A DNA stretch of 64,000 bases from an uncultured Pelagibacteraceae bacterium (GTDB lineage: Bacteria; Pseudomonadota; Alphaproteobacteria; Pelagibacterales; Pelagibacteraceae). The number at the start of each line of letters is the position of its first letter. Positions within the stretch are counted from its first letter, which is position 1. Below are positions 1-10,407 of this stretch, in pieces. The stretch covers positions 12,675-76,674 of the forward strand of contig CACGHU010000001.1 of the NCBI GenBank assembly GCA_902572945.1, written 5' to 3'. Below the pieces are notes generated by a model. That model worked only from the letters and a program-made list of their open reading frames with translations, had not been told where the DNA came from and searched no databases. Both the position numbers and the translations under genes were made by a program.

Positions 1-150
1 AGCTTGAACAGCTGAATCAACGTCTTCTTTACCGCCTATAGATATAACAGCACAATTTTCTTCTGTTGATGGATCAATTACGTAGCAATCTTTTTCTTTT
101 ATAGGATCGGTCCATTTTCCATTAATGTAGAATTTTTTCTTATTTAGCAT
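1..150 (-). CDS. Aldehyde dehydrogenase family protein, N-terminal part (runs off window start)
   Basis: Manual translation from ATG at 150: MLNKKKFYINGKWTDPIKEKDCYVIDPSTEENCAVISIGGKEDVDSAVQA, the typical ALDH N-terminus (FYINGxW...DPSTEE...DVDxAV). Confidence 0.85.
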   Translation of the reverse strand, partial: MLNKKKFYINGKWTDPIKEKDCYVIDPSTEENCAVISIGGKEDVDSAVQA

Positions 151-164
151 ACTTAAAAGTTAAC

Positions 165-1124
165 CTATCTTTTTACTTTTGCAAACAAGTTTGTAAGTTC
201 ATATACAATCGTTGCTGCGGCTAATGATGTAACTTCCGCATGATCATACGCCGGTGCAACTTCTACTACGTCTGCCGATATAATTTTCATTCCAGATAAT
301 CCTCTAATTACATTAACCATTTCTCTAGAAGTCATTCCTGCAATTTCTGGAGTACCTGTTCCCGGTGCATGAGCCGGGTCTAAAACATCTATATCGATTG
401 ATAAGTATAAAGGATTATTACCAACTCTATTTCTGATTCTTTCGACAATTTTATCAACACCTTGTGACTGAAATTCATCACAATGAATTATTTTAAAACC
501 AAAGCTTTCATCATTTTTCAAATCCTCTCTGCTATAAAGCGGTCCCCGAATACCAACATGCATTGATGAGTCATCTAAAAATAAATTTTCCTCTCTTGCT
601 CTTCTAAAAGGTGTTCCGTGTGTATAAGGAGCGCCAAAATACGTATCCCAAGTATCTAAATGTGCATCAAAATGCACTAGAGCAACAGGTCCTTTATTAA
701 ATTTATTCATTGCTCTTAATAAAGGAAATGCAATTGTATGATCTCCACCCAAACTGATTATACCTTTGGTTTTTTTTAATAAATCTAAAGCCCCAGCTTC
801 AATTTGTTTTATAGCTTCATCTATATTAAAGGGATTACAAGTGATATCTCCCGCATCTGCAACTTGTTGAACTTTAAATGGTTCGACATCATAATTTGGA
901 TGATAATTTGTTCTCAAATGTCTTGATGCCTGTCGTATACTTTGTGGACCGAATCTTGCACCAGGTCTGTAGCTAGTTCCAGCATCAAAAGGAATGCCGA
1001 CTATTGCAACATCGCAACTTCCTACATCCCTTAATTCTGGTAATCTTGCAAAAGTACTTGGACCAGCAAATCGAGGAACTTTTGTTCCACTAATCGGTTG
1101 TATTGGTTCTTTTTTTTTTGTCAT
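165..1124 (-). CDS. speB: Agmatinase (ureohydrolase family)
   Basis: GIPFD, RPGARFGP, GGDH, DAHLD, DIDVLD and PGTGTP Mn-binding ureohydrolase motifs. Confidence 0.88.
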   Translation of the reverse strand: MTKKKEPIQPISGTKVPRFAGPSTFARLPELRDVGSCDVAIVGIPFDAGTSYRPGARFGPQSIRQASRHLRTNYHPNYDVEPFKVQQVADAGDITCNPFNIDEAIKQIEAGALDLLKKTKGIISLGGDHTIAFPLLRAMNKFNKGPVALVHFDAHLDTWDTYFGAPYTHGTPFRRAREENLFLDDSSMHVGIRGPLYSREDLKNDESFGFKIIHCDEFQSQGVDKIVERIRNRVGNNPLYLSIDIDVLDPAHAPGTGTPEIAGMTSREMVNVIRGLSGMKIISADVVEVAPAYDHAEVTSLAAATIVYELTNLFAKVKR

Positions 1125-1190
1125 AAATTTTATTTATTAAATTAAATGTACCACAAGTAAATTAAATCGAATATCATTTATGTTTTCAAA

Positions 1191-1922
1191 ATGAGAATTC
1201 TTATAATTATTTTTATATTTTTTTCCTATTATTCCTTACTTAATGCAAATGAAATATTTAATCTTATTAAAATTCCAAATTTAGAAGTTTTTAATCTAGA
1301 TAGCAAAAATAAAATCAAATATTTGAGTTTAAAAAAAAGTTTTACCATCGGTGCAACTAAAAATATTACTTGTGATAAAGCAAATGAAAATAATCTCAAA
1401 AAAAAATATGAAATAATTAAAAAAAACTTAGATATTTATAATTATCAATTTTTAAAAAAAAATAATATTCGATTTGTTGTGCTGTGCGAAAATTTATCAA
1501 TATCAGGTATTGGGTCTGCAGGTATCCCTGATGTACAAAAAAGAACTTTAATATTAAATATAAATTTTAATCCAAAATATTTTGAAAGAGTTATACACCA
1601 TGAAGTTTTTCATATGATATATGATAGCCATCCCACTTTATTTAATGATAATTTGTGGAAAGAGTTCAATGATAAATCGTTTCGGTACGCAGGATGTTCT
1701 ATATGTTCTGATAGTATCGGTTTAGATGAATATAAAGATACCGATGGATTTATTACTGAATATTCAAAAACAATTCCCTCAGAAGATATGGCTGAAATAT
1801 ATAGTTTTATTATCAAAAAAGAAAATATTTTAACAAAGCTTTCTGAAAGGGATGAAAAAATTAAAAAAAAAATAAATTTTATTAAAAATTCTATAAATAA
1901 AATAGATAGTCAACTATTTTAA
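1191..1922 (+). CDS. Exported putative zinc metallopeptidase
   Basis: Signal-peptide-like N-terminus, HHEVFH (HExxH) motif and downstream GFITEYS...EDMAE third-ligand segment. Confidence 0.65.
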   Translation: MRILIIIFIFFSYYSLLNANEIFNLIKIPNLEVFNLDSKNKIKYLSLKKSFTIGATKNITCDKANENNLKKKYEIIKKNLDIYNYQFLKKNNIRFVVLCENLSISGIGSAGIPDVQKRTLILNINFNPKYFERVIHHEVFHMIYDSHPTLFNDNLWKEFNDKSFRYAGCSICSDSIGLDEYKDTDGFITEYSKTIPSEDMAEIYSFIIKKENILTKLSERDEKIKKKINFIKNSINKIDSQLF

Positions 1923-2567
1923 ATGATTAAAAAAATTAAAGCATCTAAATCAGAAAAAATATTATTATTTTTTTTAATTTTACTAGGAATTTTTTCTTTT
2001 AGTTTTTTTTATAGTATAAAAAACAAATGTCTATTTGTTGATGATGTAAATTTAGAAAACCAAAATTTTATTGATAAAGAAAATATTATCTTGATGGAAG
2101 TGGAATGTGGCTTGGTCGTTATTAGATTAATTCCTGAAACCTCACCAAATTCAGTAAAAAGATTTAAATTATTAACTAGAGAGGGTTTATATAATAATTC
2201 AGCTTTTTACAAAGTTATAGAAAACACATTAATTCAAGCAGGAGATATTAAGTATGGAAATATTGAAAGTATAAATTATGCAAAGGTTGGCAGTGGAAAA
2301 TCGGGCTTAGGGAATTTAAAATCTGAAATAAATGAAGATTTTAAATTTACTGCTGGTTCGGTTGCTATGGCTCGAGGTGATGATTTTAATACCGAGGACA
2401 GTGAATTTTTTATTATATTAAAAGATATACCAATTTATAATGGTGAATATACTCCAATAGGTAAAGTAATTCTTGGCCTAGATGCTCTTAAAAAAATAAA
2501 AAAAGGGAACAAATCAAACTACGTTTTAAGACCTGATTACATTAAATCACTAAAATTAATTGATTAA
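1923..2567 (+). CDS. Membrane-anchored cyclophilin-type peptidyl-prolyl isomerase (divergent active site)
   Basis: N-terminal TM helix; G.Y...FYKVI...QAGD, GSVAMAR, SEFFI and YTPIGKV cyclophilin motifs. Confidence 0.8.
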   Translation: MIKKIKASKSEKILLFFLILLGIFSFSFFYSIKNKCLFVDDVNLENQNFIDKENIILMEVECGLVVIRLIPETSPNSVKRFKLLTREGLYNNSAFYKVIENTLIQAGDIKYGNIESINYAKVGSGKSGLGNLKSEINEDFKFTAGSVAMARGDDFNTEDSEFFIILKDIPIYNGEYTPIGKVILGLDALKKIKKGNKSNYVLRPDYIKSLKLID

Positions 2568-4778
2568 TGGTTTTCCAGTTGCAAGTGTGTGTTTTATTCT
2601 TTGTTGTGTTTTTTCAGTTTGTATAAGTCTCATAAAAGCTTCAAGTTCTAGATTGTAAAGATCATCTTCACTAAGCTGTTTATCTATTGTTGTATCTCCT
2701 CCACTTAAGACATTTGCTAATTCTTCTCCAACTTTAAATCCGTGATCCAAGATAATTTTATCATTATAAAGCTTCTCTAAGGATTTTATCATTTTATCTT
2801 TTAAAGGTTTGCCTGAAAGTTTAAACGTACATTCTTTTGGTGGTTGGAAATTTTTATTTTCCTCTAATAGTTTTTTTGCTTCTTCAAAAAGACTATTTCT
2901 ATTCATAACTTTTTTATCCTCAGGTCTTAAGAATTTTAATGGCAAAGCCTCTACAGTTGAAGTTGCTGTTTTAGCATAACCAATAATATTAAAAACTTGA
3001 AGAGGAGCATAATCTGGGTCTTTCTTTGCTTCATCTGTTTGCGACCATCTCCATAAAACTTCCTTACATCCGCCGCCAGCAGGTACTACTCCAACTCCAG
3101 TTTCAACTAGTCCCATTACTATATTTGTATGTGAAACTACAAAATTAGATTGAATTGCTACCTCTTCTCCTCCACCTAAAACTAAACCAGATGGAGCAGA
3201 TATTACCGGATATTTAGAATACTTTAAATGCTTACAAGTTTGCTGAAAATATTTTATAAACTTTTCTATAGATTTAAAGTCTCCTTTTTCCACAAATTCC
3301 ATTGTGTATTTTAAATTAACTCCTGCTGAAAATTGCATACTCTCATTAATTATAATTAAAGGTTTATCAGTAGCGTTTTTTAATGCATCCATTGAGTCAT
3401 AATCTAAAGCACAAGCTTTAGTGGTAAATTCAACAATATTGAAATCCTTAAATCTAAATATATCAGCCGATTTGTTTTTATCGATTTTAATTGCTTTTGG
3501 TTTAATTTTACCCAGAGTTTCAATATCTGTATAAAGCTGTCTTTGACCATAAAAATTTTCGTCTTTTGTTTTTGATAAATTTTCTAGGAAAGAGTTTCCT
3601 TTAACATCTCCTACTCTATCAAAAAAGTTTTTAACCCCGATCGATTTTAACATTTCAAAGGGTCCCATTGACCAGTTAAAACCAAGCCTCATAGCTTCAT
3701 CGATATCATTAAATTTATCTGTAATACCAGGAACTAAAGAAGATGAGTATTTTATGATTTGTGAAATTACTGACCAGGCATACTCGCCAAATTTATCTTT
3801 CCTGTTTATTAATAAATTTAAATCTACTTTTTCTATTCCTAATTCAATTTTTTTAGATGTTGAGTATTCTCCTGTTTGCAAATTTATAGCCTCTAATATT
3901 TTTTTATTTTCTTGTTTGTTCATTCTATAGAAACCACCTTTGCCTTTTCTGCCAGTGTATCCATCTTTAATTAGTTTTGTGATTAATGGAATTTCTTTTG
4001 CAACTTTCTGAAATGGATCATTTTCAGGTAATTCCTTTATAAAACTTTTTAAAACGTCCGACATTAAATCAATACCAATTAAATCATAAAGTCCAAACAC
4101 ACCTGTTTTTGGAATTCCCATTGGTCTACCAAAAATTGCATCTGCTTCCTCAATAGATAAATTCATTTTAAATGCTTCTGTCATTGCTACTTGCATAGCA
4201 AATACACCAATTCTATTTCCCAAAAATCCAGGTGTGTCGTTACAAATAATAGCTCCTTTACCAAGCTCATGTTCGCAAAATTTTTTAAGATAATTTATTT
4301 TTTCTAAATCCGAACTTTTACTTTTAACAATCTCTAAGAGACCCATGTATCTCACGGGATTAAAAAAATGCGTAATACAAAAGTCTTTTTTATCTTCTTC
4401 TGATAATTTTTCAGATAAAACGCTAATAGGTATAGAGGATGTATTTGAGGATACGATAGTATTTTTTTTTCTTGTATCAAATATTTTTTTATAAATATTG
4501 TGTTTAATATCAATTCTTTCTACAACAGCCTCGACAATCCAGTCTGCATCAGCCACTTCTTTAAAATCATCATTAATATTTCCAACATTGATACCATCAA
4601 TTTTTGATTTATCAATTAGCAGGGGTGGTCTTGATTTTTGAATTCTTTCTTTTGCTTTTTGACTAATTTCTGTTGTCAGATCTAATAAGGTAACAGGAAC
4701 ATTAGCATTACAAAGATGTGCAGCGATACCGCTTCCCATCGTTCCAGAGCCAATAACAACAACTTTATTTATTTTCAT
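2556..4778 (-). CDS. 3-hydroxyacyl-CoA dehydrogenase / enoyl-CoA hydratase multifunctional protein (FadN-like)
   Basis: GSGTMGSGIA Rossmann motif, EAVVE, SNTSS, HFFNP and PGFLGNRIG; C-terminal crotonase segment (LGGGEE, GLVETGVG). Confidence 0.9.
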   Translation of the reverse strand: MKINKVVVIGSGTMGSGIAAHLCNANVPVTLLDLTTEISQKAKERIQKSRPPLLIDKSKIDGINVGNINDDFKEVADADWIVEAVVERIDIKHNIYKKIFDTRKKNTIVSSNTSSIPISVLSEKLSEEDKKDFCITHFFNPVRYMGLLEIVKSKSSDLEKINYLKKFCEHELGKGAIICNDTPGFLGNRIGVFAMQVAMTEAFKMNLSIEEADAIFGRPMGIPKTGVFGLYDLIGIDLMSDVLKSFIKELPENDPFQKVAKEIPLITKLIKDGYTGRKGKGGFYRMNKQENKKILEAINLQTGEYSTSKKIELGIEKVDLNLLINRKDKFGEYAWSVISQIIKYSSSLVPGITDKFNDIDEAMRLGFNWSMGPFEMLKSIGVKNFFDRVGDVKGNSFLENLSKTKDENFYGQRQLYTDIETLGKIKPKAIKIDKNKSADIFRFKDFNIVEFTTKACALDYDSMDALKNATDKPLIIINESMQFSAGVNLKYTMEFVEKGDFKSIEKFIKYFQQTCKHLKYSKYPVISAPSGLVLGGGEEVAIQSNFVVSHTNIVMGLVETGVGVVPAGGGCKEVLWRWSQTDEAKKDPDYAPLQVFNIIGYAKTATSTVEALPLKFLRPEDKKVMNRNSLFEEAKKLLEENKNFQPPKECTFKLSGKPLKDKMIKSLEKLYNDKIILDHGFKVGEELANVLSGGDTTIDKQLSEDDLYNLELEAFMRLIQTEKTQQRIKHTLATGKPLIN

Positions 4779-4828
4779 GTGTCAATTTTATATTAAATTT
4801 AATTGTTTCATGAAATAAAAAAATTGTA

Positions 4829-6862
4829 TCAATTTGAAATTTGCTGATTTTTTAAATCATTAATTTTTATATGGCACCGGATTGCATTTCCATTTTCATC
4901 TATTTGCCATGGTGGAACATCTGTTTTACAAATTTGACCTAATAATCTAGGACATCTTCCTTGGAATGAGCATCCTTTTTCGGGTGGTTTTTCTTCTACA
5001 ATATCTTCTGCGACTAACTTTGGTTTAATATCTGGGTCTGGTTCTAACACTGCTCCTAGAAGGACCTCGGTATAAGGGTGAGACGGAAATTTATATACGC
5101 TTTCAGATGGACCAATTTCACATAATCTTCCCTGATACAAAACTGCAACCCGATCACTTATTGCTTTTACAACTGCAAGATCATGTGAGACAAAAATATA
5201 TGTAGTACCAAAATCTACTTTTAATTCCTGAAGTAAATTCAAGACTGCTGCTTGAACGGAAACGTCAAGCGCTGAGGTTACCTCGTCACATAGAATTATA
5301 TCTGGTTTTGCAGCAAAAGCTCTTGCTACAGCTACTCTTTGCTTTTCACCTCCTGACAATTGTCGTGGATACCTTGTAAGATAAAACTCACCTAATCTTA
5401 CTTTTTTTAAAACTTCTATAATTTTTTGTTTAAGTTCATTTCCACTAAGACCAAAATATAGTTTAAGAGGTTGTGATACAATTTCCTCAACTGTGTGATT
5501 TGGATTTAATGATTCATCGGGATTTTGAAAAATCAATTGTATTGCTCTTAGGTAATTTGCATCTCTTTTTTTTAGATCATTTGATAAAATTTTATTTTTA
5601 TCAAATTTAATTATACCATCTTTTGCTTTGATAAGTCCTGCGATAGATTTAAGAATAGTTGACTTTCCACTCCCGGACTCACCCACAAGTGCTAAGGTTT
5701 CGCCTTTATCAATTTTTATATTTATGTCTTTAACTGTTGGATTTGTGTCATCAATTTTATTTAGTAATTGTTCTATGAATTTTTGTTTTGCATAACTAAT
5801 TGAAACAGAAGATATATCTAAAATTTCATTTTTGTTTAATTTTCGTAATACTTTTTTTGAAGATTTTGTATCCTCGTCCTTCTTTTTATGAAGTTTTTTG
5901 TGGTTAAAACATCTAACACTTGTATTTAACTCACTAACAAATTCTAACTCTGGCGAGTTTATTTTACATTTATCCTCAGCAAACTCACATCTATCGTAAA
6001 AACTACATCCTTCTTTTATTGTTCCAGGTTGTGGCTGGCTACCTGACATCGAATTAGGAAGTCCAGATAAAGTTAATTTTGGTATAGATTTTAATAATCC
6101 ATAAGTATAAGGATGAATTGGATTTTTTAATATAGTCCTTACCGGTCCATCTAAAACAATTTCACCAGAATACATTACAATTACTCTATCGCTTACCTGT
6201 GCTATCGCTCCTAAATCATGACTTACATAAACCATTGATGTACCTGTATCCTTTGCAATAAAGTTCAATAGCTCTAAAACGTGAGCCTGAGTTGTAACAT
6301 CCAGCCCAGTTGTTGGCTCATCCAATAATAAAAGATCCGGGTTACCAGCTAAAGCCATTGCAACTGCAACTCTTTGTTGTTGACCTCCAGAAAGTTCATG
6401 GGGATATCTTTTTGCAATTGTCTCTGGAGAAGGTAACCTAACTTTATTTAATAACTCCGAAATTTTTACATCTCTATCTTCCTTTTTGAAATTTGTATGT
6501 AATCTTAATGCTTCGTCAATTTGATAACCAATTTTTAAATTTGGTGTTAAAGACTGCCCAGCATTCTGAGGTATCATTGCTATTTTTCTTCCTCGAATAT
6601 TTTCTAATTCTCTGTTTTTCATTTTTAAAATATCATTAGACTGATAAATACATTCTCCAGAGATTGTAAATAAACCATGCTTAACATATCCCATCATTGC
6701 TAATGCGAGAGTACTTTTTCCTGAACCAGACTCTCCTACTATACCAACTGTTTCACCTTTATTAATTGTGGTACTAATATTTTTTAAAATTGAAATTTGT
6801 TCTCCTTTTTTACTGGTAAAACCAATAGATAAATTTTTTATTTCTTGTACAACTTGTTGCAT
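4829..6862 (-). CDS. Dipeptide/oligopeptide-type ABC transporter, fused double ATPase
   Basis: Two GESGSGKS Walker A motifs, two LSGG signatures, HPYT and Cys-rich C-terminal segments; start placed at MQQVV (6862) just after the upstream stop. Confidence 0.9.
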   Translation of the reverse strand: MQQVVQEIKNLSIGFTSKKGEQISILKNISTTINKGETVGIVGESGSGKSTLALAMMGYVKHGLFTISGECIYQSNDILKMKNRELENIRGRKIAMIPQNAGQSLTPNLKIGYQIDEALRLHTNFKKEDRDVKISELLNKVRLPSPETIAKRYPHELSGGQQQRVAVAMALAGNPDLLLLDEPTTGLDVTTQAHVLELLNFIAKDTGTSMVYVSHDLGAIAQVSDRVIVMYSGEIVLDGPVRTILKNPIHPYTYGLLKSIPKLTLSGLPNSMSGSQPQPGTIKEGCSFYDRCEFAEDKCKINSPELEFVSELNTSVRCFNHKKLHKKKDEDTKSSKKVLRKLNKNEILDISSVSISYAKQKFIEQLLNKIDDTNPTVKDINIKIDKGETLALVGESGSGKSTILKSIAGLIKAKDGIIKFDKNKILSNDLKKRDANYLRAIQLIFQNPDESLNPNHTVEEIVSQPLKLYFGLSGNELKQKIIEVLKKVRLGEFYLTRYPRQLSGGEKQRVAVARAFAAKPDIILCDEVTSALDVSVQAAVLNLLQELKVDFGTTYIFVSHDLAVVKAISDRVAVLYQGRLCEIGPSESVYKFPSHPYTEVLLGAVLEPDPDIKPKLVAEDIVEEKPPEKGCSFQGRCPRLLGQICKTDVPPWQIDENGNAIRCHIKINDLKNQQISN

Positions 6863-6863
6863 A

Positions 6864-7754
6864 TTAAACTGGTGCTTTTGTAGACCTATCAATACCTAAT
6901 GCTTTTGCAAAAGCATCTGCGGTTAGATTTATACCTATTATAAGTGAACTTAATCCAAATATCGGTGCAAGTACTGCCCAATACGCAAAAGACATCAAGC
7001 CTCTTGCATTAGATATCATCAATCCCCAATCTGGAGTTGGAGGGCTCACACCAAAACCTAAGAAGGATAATGAACTAAAACCAAGTAACATCCATGACCA
7101 TCTCATTGCACCCTCAACCATAATTGCATCTCTTACATTGGGTAATATTTCATTCCATATAATTGAAAAATTACCATGACCTCTAGCTCTTGCTGAAACA
7201 ATAAAGTCTTTTGCTATTACATCATGTGTTGCTGCTCTTGCTACTCTAACAATTCCTTTTCCATAAAAAAAGCCTAAAGCTGGTATCAAAACAATTGTTG
7301 ATGTACCTAAAAGTGAAACTATTAAAAGCATCGCAAGTATCCAGGGAATAGAGAGAAAAGCATCAATTATTCTCATCACTACGTCATCTATCTTTCCACC
7401 AACCAATCCACAAAAAATTCCTAGCGCACCTCCCCATAGCAAAGCAATTAAAGATCCAAAAAAAGTTACCGTTAGTGCAGTTCTGCCTCCAAGTATAGTT
7501 CTTGTAAAAACATCTCTTCCAAGACTATCTGTACCAAACCAATACTCAGAAGAAGGTGCTTGTAACATTAAAGATGGATCAATAGCCTTGTAATCATGAG
7601 GTGCATATAGAGGACTTGTGATGGCTAGTGTGACATGAAAAACTAGAATTATTAAACCAATTAATCCTGACGGCCTTGAGGCCATAGTTGAAATAATTTC
7701 CACTATTTTAGAAAATGTGCTTTTAGGTTTTTCTTGTTTTATAACTAAAGTCAT
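6864..7754 (-). CDS. Peptide/nickel-family ABC transporter permease (DppC-like)
   Basis: FGTDSLGRDVF, EAA-like loop (FIVSARARG), PPTPDWG motif. Confidence 0.9.
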   Translation of the reverse strand: MTLVIKQEKPKSTFSKIVEIISTMASRPSGLIGLIILVFHVTLAITSPLYAPHDYKAIDPSLMLQAPSSEYWFGTDSLGRDVFTRTILGGRTALTVTFFGSLIALLWGGALGIFCGLVGGKIDDVVMRIIDAFLSIPWILAMLLIVSLLGTSTIVLIPALGFFYGKGIVRVARAATHDVIAKDFIVSARARGHGNFSIIWNEILPNVRDAIMVEGAMRWSWMLLGFSSLSFLGFGVSPPTPDWGLMISNARGLMSFAYWAVLAPIFGLSSLIIGINLTADAFAKALGIDRSTKAPV

Positions 7755-8707
7755 TTTTTAATTTGTAAGGATTTTAATCTTGGATTTAACATTAAAGTCA
7801 ATAAATCTGCGATGAGATTTATTATTACATAAATTGAAGCTAAAATAATTGCTAAAGCCTGAACAACAGGCAAATCTCTATTTGAAATAGACTCAATTAC
7901 CAATCTGCCTAATCCAGGGTAATTAAATACTACTTCTGTAACAACTACTCCACCTAATAACCAAGCAATAGTTAGCGCAACTACGTTTATTGCTGGCAAT
8001 AAAGCGTTTGGTAAAACATGTTTAAATACCATTTTCCAGTAAGGAACACCCTTTAGAATTGCCATTTGAACATAGTCCGAAGCCATAACTTGAATAACAC
8101 TTGATCTGACCATTCTTGCCATGTGGGCGGTCATAATCATTGATATTGCAATAACGGGCAAAATTATATTCGGCAAAAGTTCAGATATGGACGCTCCTGT
8201 TGGAACGATTACTATTCCTGGAAGCCACTCCAGCCAAATTGCAACAATTAATATTAATAAAGTAGCACTGATGAATTCTGGAATTGTCATAGAAAAAATA
8301 GTGAATGTTGAAATTATAATATCTGGCATTTTATCTCTCCATAATGCAGTAATTATTCCTAGTAGTAAGGCAATTGGAATTCCAATCAAAATAGATGCAG
8401 AAGCAAGTACTAAAGAATTTTTTACTCTCGGGCCAAGGACATCATTGATTTTCATTTCACCACTTAATGAATAACCAAAATCACCTTGTATTACTCCTAT
8501 AGCCCAACTAACATATCTCTCATATGCTGGTATATCCAACCCAAGCCTTTTATAGCACGCTTCAAGCGCAGCGCCATAAGCTTCCCGCTCTAGATAAGTT
8601 GTGCAGGCATCGCCAGGTAAAACTTCAACTCCAACAAAAGTGATCAAAGATACAATAAATAGGGTAATTAACCCAAGAAGAATTCTTTTTAAAACTAAAA
8701 TTAACAT
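7751..8707 (-). CDS. Peptide/nickel-family ABC transporter permease (DppB-like)
   Basis: LPGD, GDFGYS, DYVQMAILKG, EVVFNYPGLG and RDLPVVQ motifs. Confidence 0.9.
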   Translation of the reverse strand: MLILVLKRILLGLITLFIVSLITFVGVEVLPGDACTTYLEREAYGAALEACYKRLGLDIPAYERYVSWAIGVIQGDFGYSLSGEMKINDVLGPRVKNSLVLASASILIGIPIALLLGIITALWRDKMPDIIISTFTIFSMTIPEFISATLLILIVAIWLEWLPGIVIVPTGASISELLPNIILPVIAISMIMTAHMARMVRSSVIQVMASDYVQMAILKGVPYWKMVFKHVLPNALLPAINVVALTIAWLLGGVVVTEVVFNYPGLGRLVIESISNRDLPVVQALAIILASIYVIINLIADLLTLMLNPRLKSLQIKK

Positions 8708-8758
8708 AATAAAATTGTAAAGGTTCTGTTAGACAATATTTATATTAAATGAAAAGGA

Positions 8759-8788
8759 TTTTACAGGCCTAATTAAAGGCCTGTAAAA
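8759..8788 (-). terminator. Stem-loop between binding-protein and permease genes (terminator or mRNA stabiliser)
   Basis: Perfect 12-bp inverted repeat TTTTACAGGCCT / AGGCCTGTAAAA with 6-nt loop, 12 bp after the SBP stop. Confidence 0.7.
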
Positions 8789-8800
8789 AAGATTTTTGTA

Positions 8801-10291
8801 TTAATCTGTTACTTTAAGCTTGTGCCAACGTACAGAAAAAACCTCTACATCATCTAAATTTTTAACTCTTGATGAAGTAATAACTAGTTTTGATACGTGA
8901 TATGGAATCATCGTACCAGACTCTTCCCATAAAGTTTTTTGTGCATTTTGATAAGCTTTTTTTCGTTTGCTAAAGTTAAGCTCACCTCTTGCATCAGAAA
9001 GATTTTTATCAAATGCTGCATTTTTAAAGAATGATTCATTCCATTTTGCACCACTATGATACGCTTCATGCAGAATACTATCTGCAGGTCTTTCGTTCCA
9101 ACGTGTCATTGCAACTGGCTTTTTCATCCAAGTTTCTTTCCAATAACTTTTTGAAGGTGTCATTTTAACTTCAGCTTTAATACCAGCTTTAGCTAATTGT
9201 TGTTGTAATACTTCCCCAATCGTTGGCCAAGTAGGTTCTTTAGTAGAAACGTGAATTACCATATCAAAACCGTCTGGGTATCCTGCTTCATTAAGAAGTT
9301 TTTTCGCTTTCTTAATGTCTTGAGGACACTTCATTTTTAAACGATATTGATCTGATGGTGCAACTGGTGTATCGCAAGATACTGTGGCTGCTCCACCCAT
9401 TACTAAATCAACAAGCTCTTGTCTATCGACTGCAAGTCTAACAGCTTTTCTAACTTTTGGATCATCAAAAGGTGCAGTATCTGTTCTCATTACCATACCT
9501 CTCCAATTTCCTGTTGGTACTACTGAAACATTAAACTTTTTATTACCATCGAAAATTTTCTTTTGGCTAAATGGCACATATCTGTTCATATCGATTTGAC
9601 CAGTCAACAAAGCTTGTACTCTTGCTTCACCATCAGGTATTGCGATAACATGTACTTCCGCAACTCCTGGCGCACCTTCCCAATAATCTGGGTTTGCTTT
9701 AAGCACAGTCGTTCCTTCTGGATCAAATGTTGCTACCTTAAATGGTCCAGTTCCAATACCAGTTTGACCAATAGTATCTCCAGAACCTGAAGGTATCATT
9801 CTTAATCTATAATCAGTTAATAATAATGGAAAATCTGCAAATGATGTATTTAATTTCATTTTTACGGTATGTGAATCTATTACTTCAATATCCGTAACAG
9901 AGCTCATACTTTTTTTCGCAGGTGATCCAATATCAGGATCTTTAACACGCATTAATGAATATTTAACATCTTCAGCATCAAAGTCTGAACCATCATGAAA
10001 TTTTATTCCCTTACGGAGATTAAAAGTCCACTCGTTCGCTTCTGAATTTGCTGACCATTTTGTTGCTAATGATGCTGTGACTTTACCTTTTAAATTTTTT
10101 CTTACTAAACGGTTTTGAGTCATTATAACTACTTGAAATAAACGCCCTTTAGTAATTGCATCAAGGTTTGTATCTTTTCCAAAACCAAGATCATGCGATA
10201 ATTTAAAGACACCGCTTGATGCATTCGCTAATGAAAAAGACAACATTAAAGATATCAATGAAAATGATATCACTTTACATATTTGTTTCAT
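8801..10291 (-). CDS. ABC transporter substrate-binding protein, family 5
   Basis: Signal peptide; WTFNLRKGIKFHDGS and GTGPFK family-5 motifs; start at MKQICK preceded by a purine-rich RBS. Confidence 0.9.
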   Translation of the reverse strand: MKQICKVISFSLISLMLSFSLANASSGVFKLSHDLGFGKDTNLDAITKGRLFQVVIMTQNRLVRKNLKGKVTASLATKWSANSEANEWTFNLRKGIKFHDGSDFDAEDVKYSLMRVKDPDIGSPAKKSMSSVTDIEVIDSHTVKMKLNTSFADFPLLLTDYRLRMIPSGSGDTIGQTGIGTGPFKVATFDPEGTTVLKANPDYWEGAPGVAEVHVIAIPDGEARVQALLTGQIDMNRYVPFSQKKIFDGNKKFNVSVVPTGNWRGMVMRTDTAPFDDPKVRKAVRLAVDRQELVDLVMGGAATVSCDTPVAPSDQYRLKMKCPQDIKKAKKLLNEAGYPDGFDMVIHVSTKEPTWPTIGEVLQQQLAKAGIKAEVKMTPSKSYWKETWMKKPVAMTRWNERPADSILHEAYHSGAKWNESFFKNAAFDKNLSDARGELNFSKRKKAYQNAQKTLWEESGTMIPYHVSKLVITSSRVKNLDDVEVFSVRWHKLKVTD

Positions 10292-10407
10292 AGAATTGCC
10301 CCTCTTTTTAAAGCATAAAGTTAACAATTCATTTGTTTGATATCAATAAAGAAAACTTTATTGTTTTATTAGCATTTGTTGTTTAATAATCATCTTTATT
10401 AAATTAT

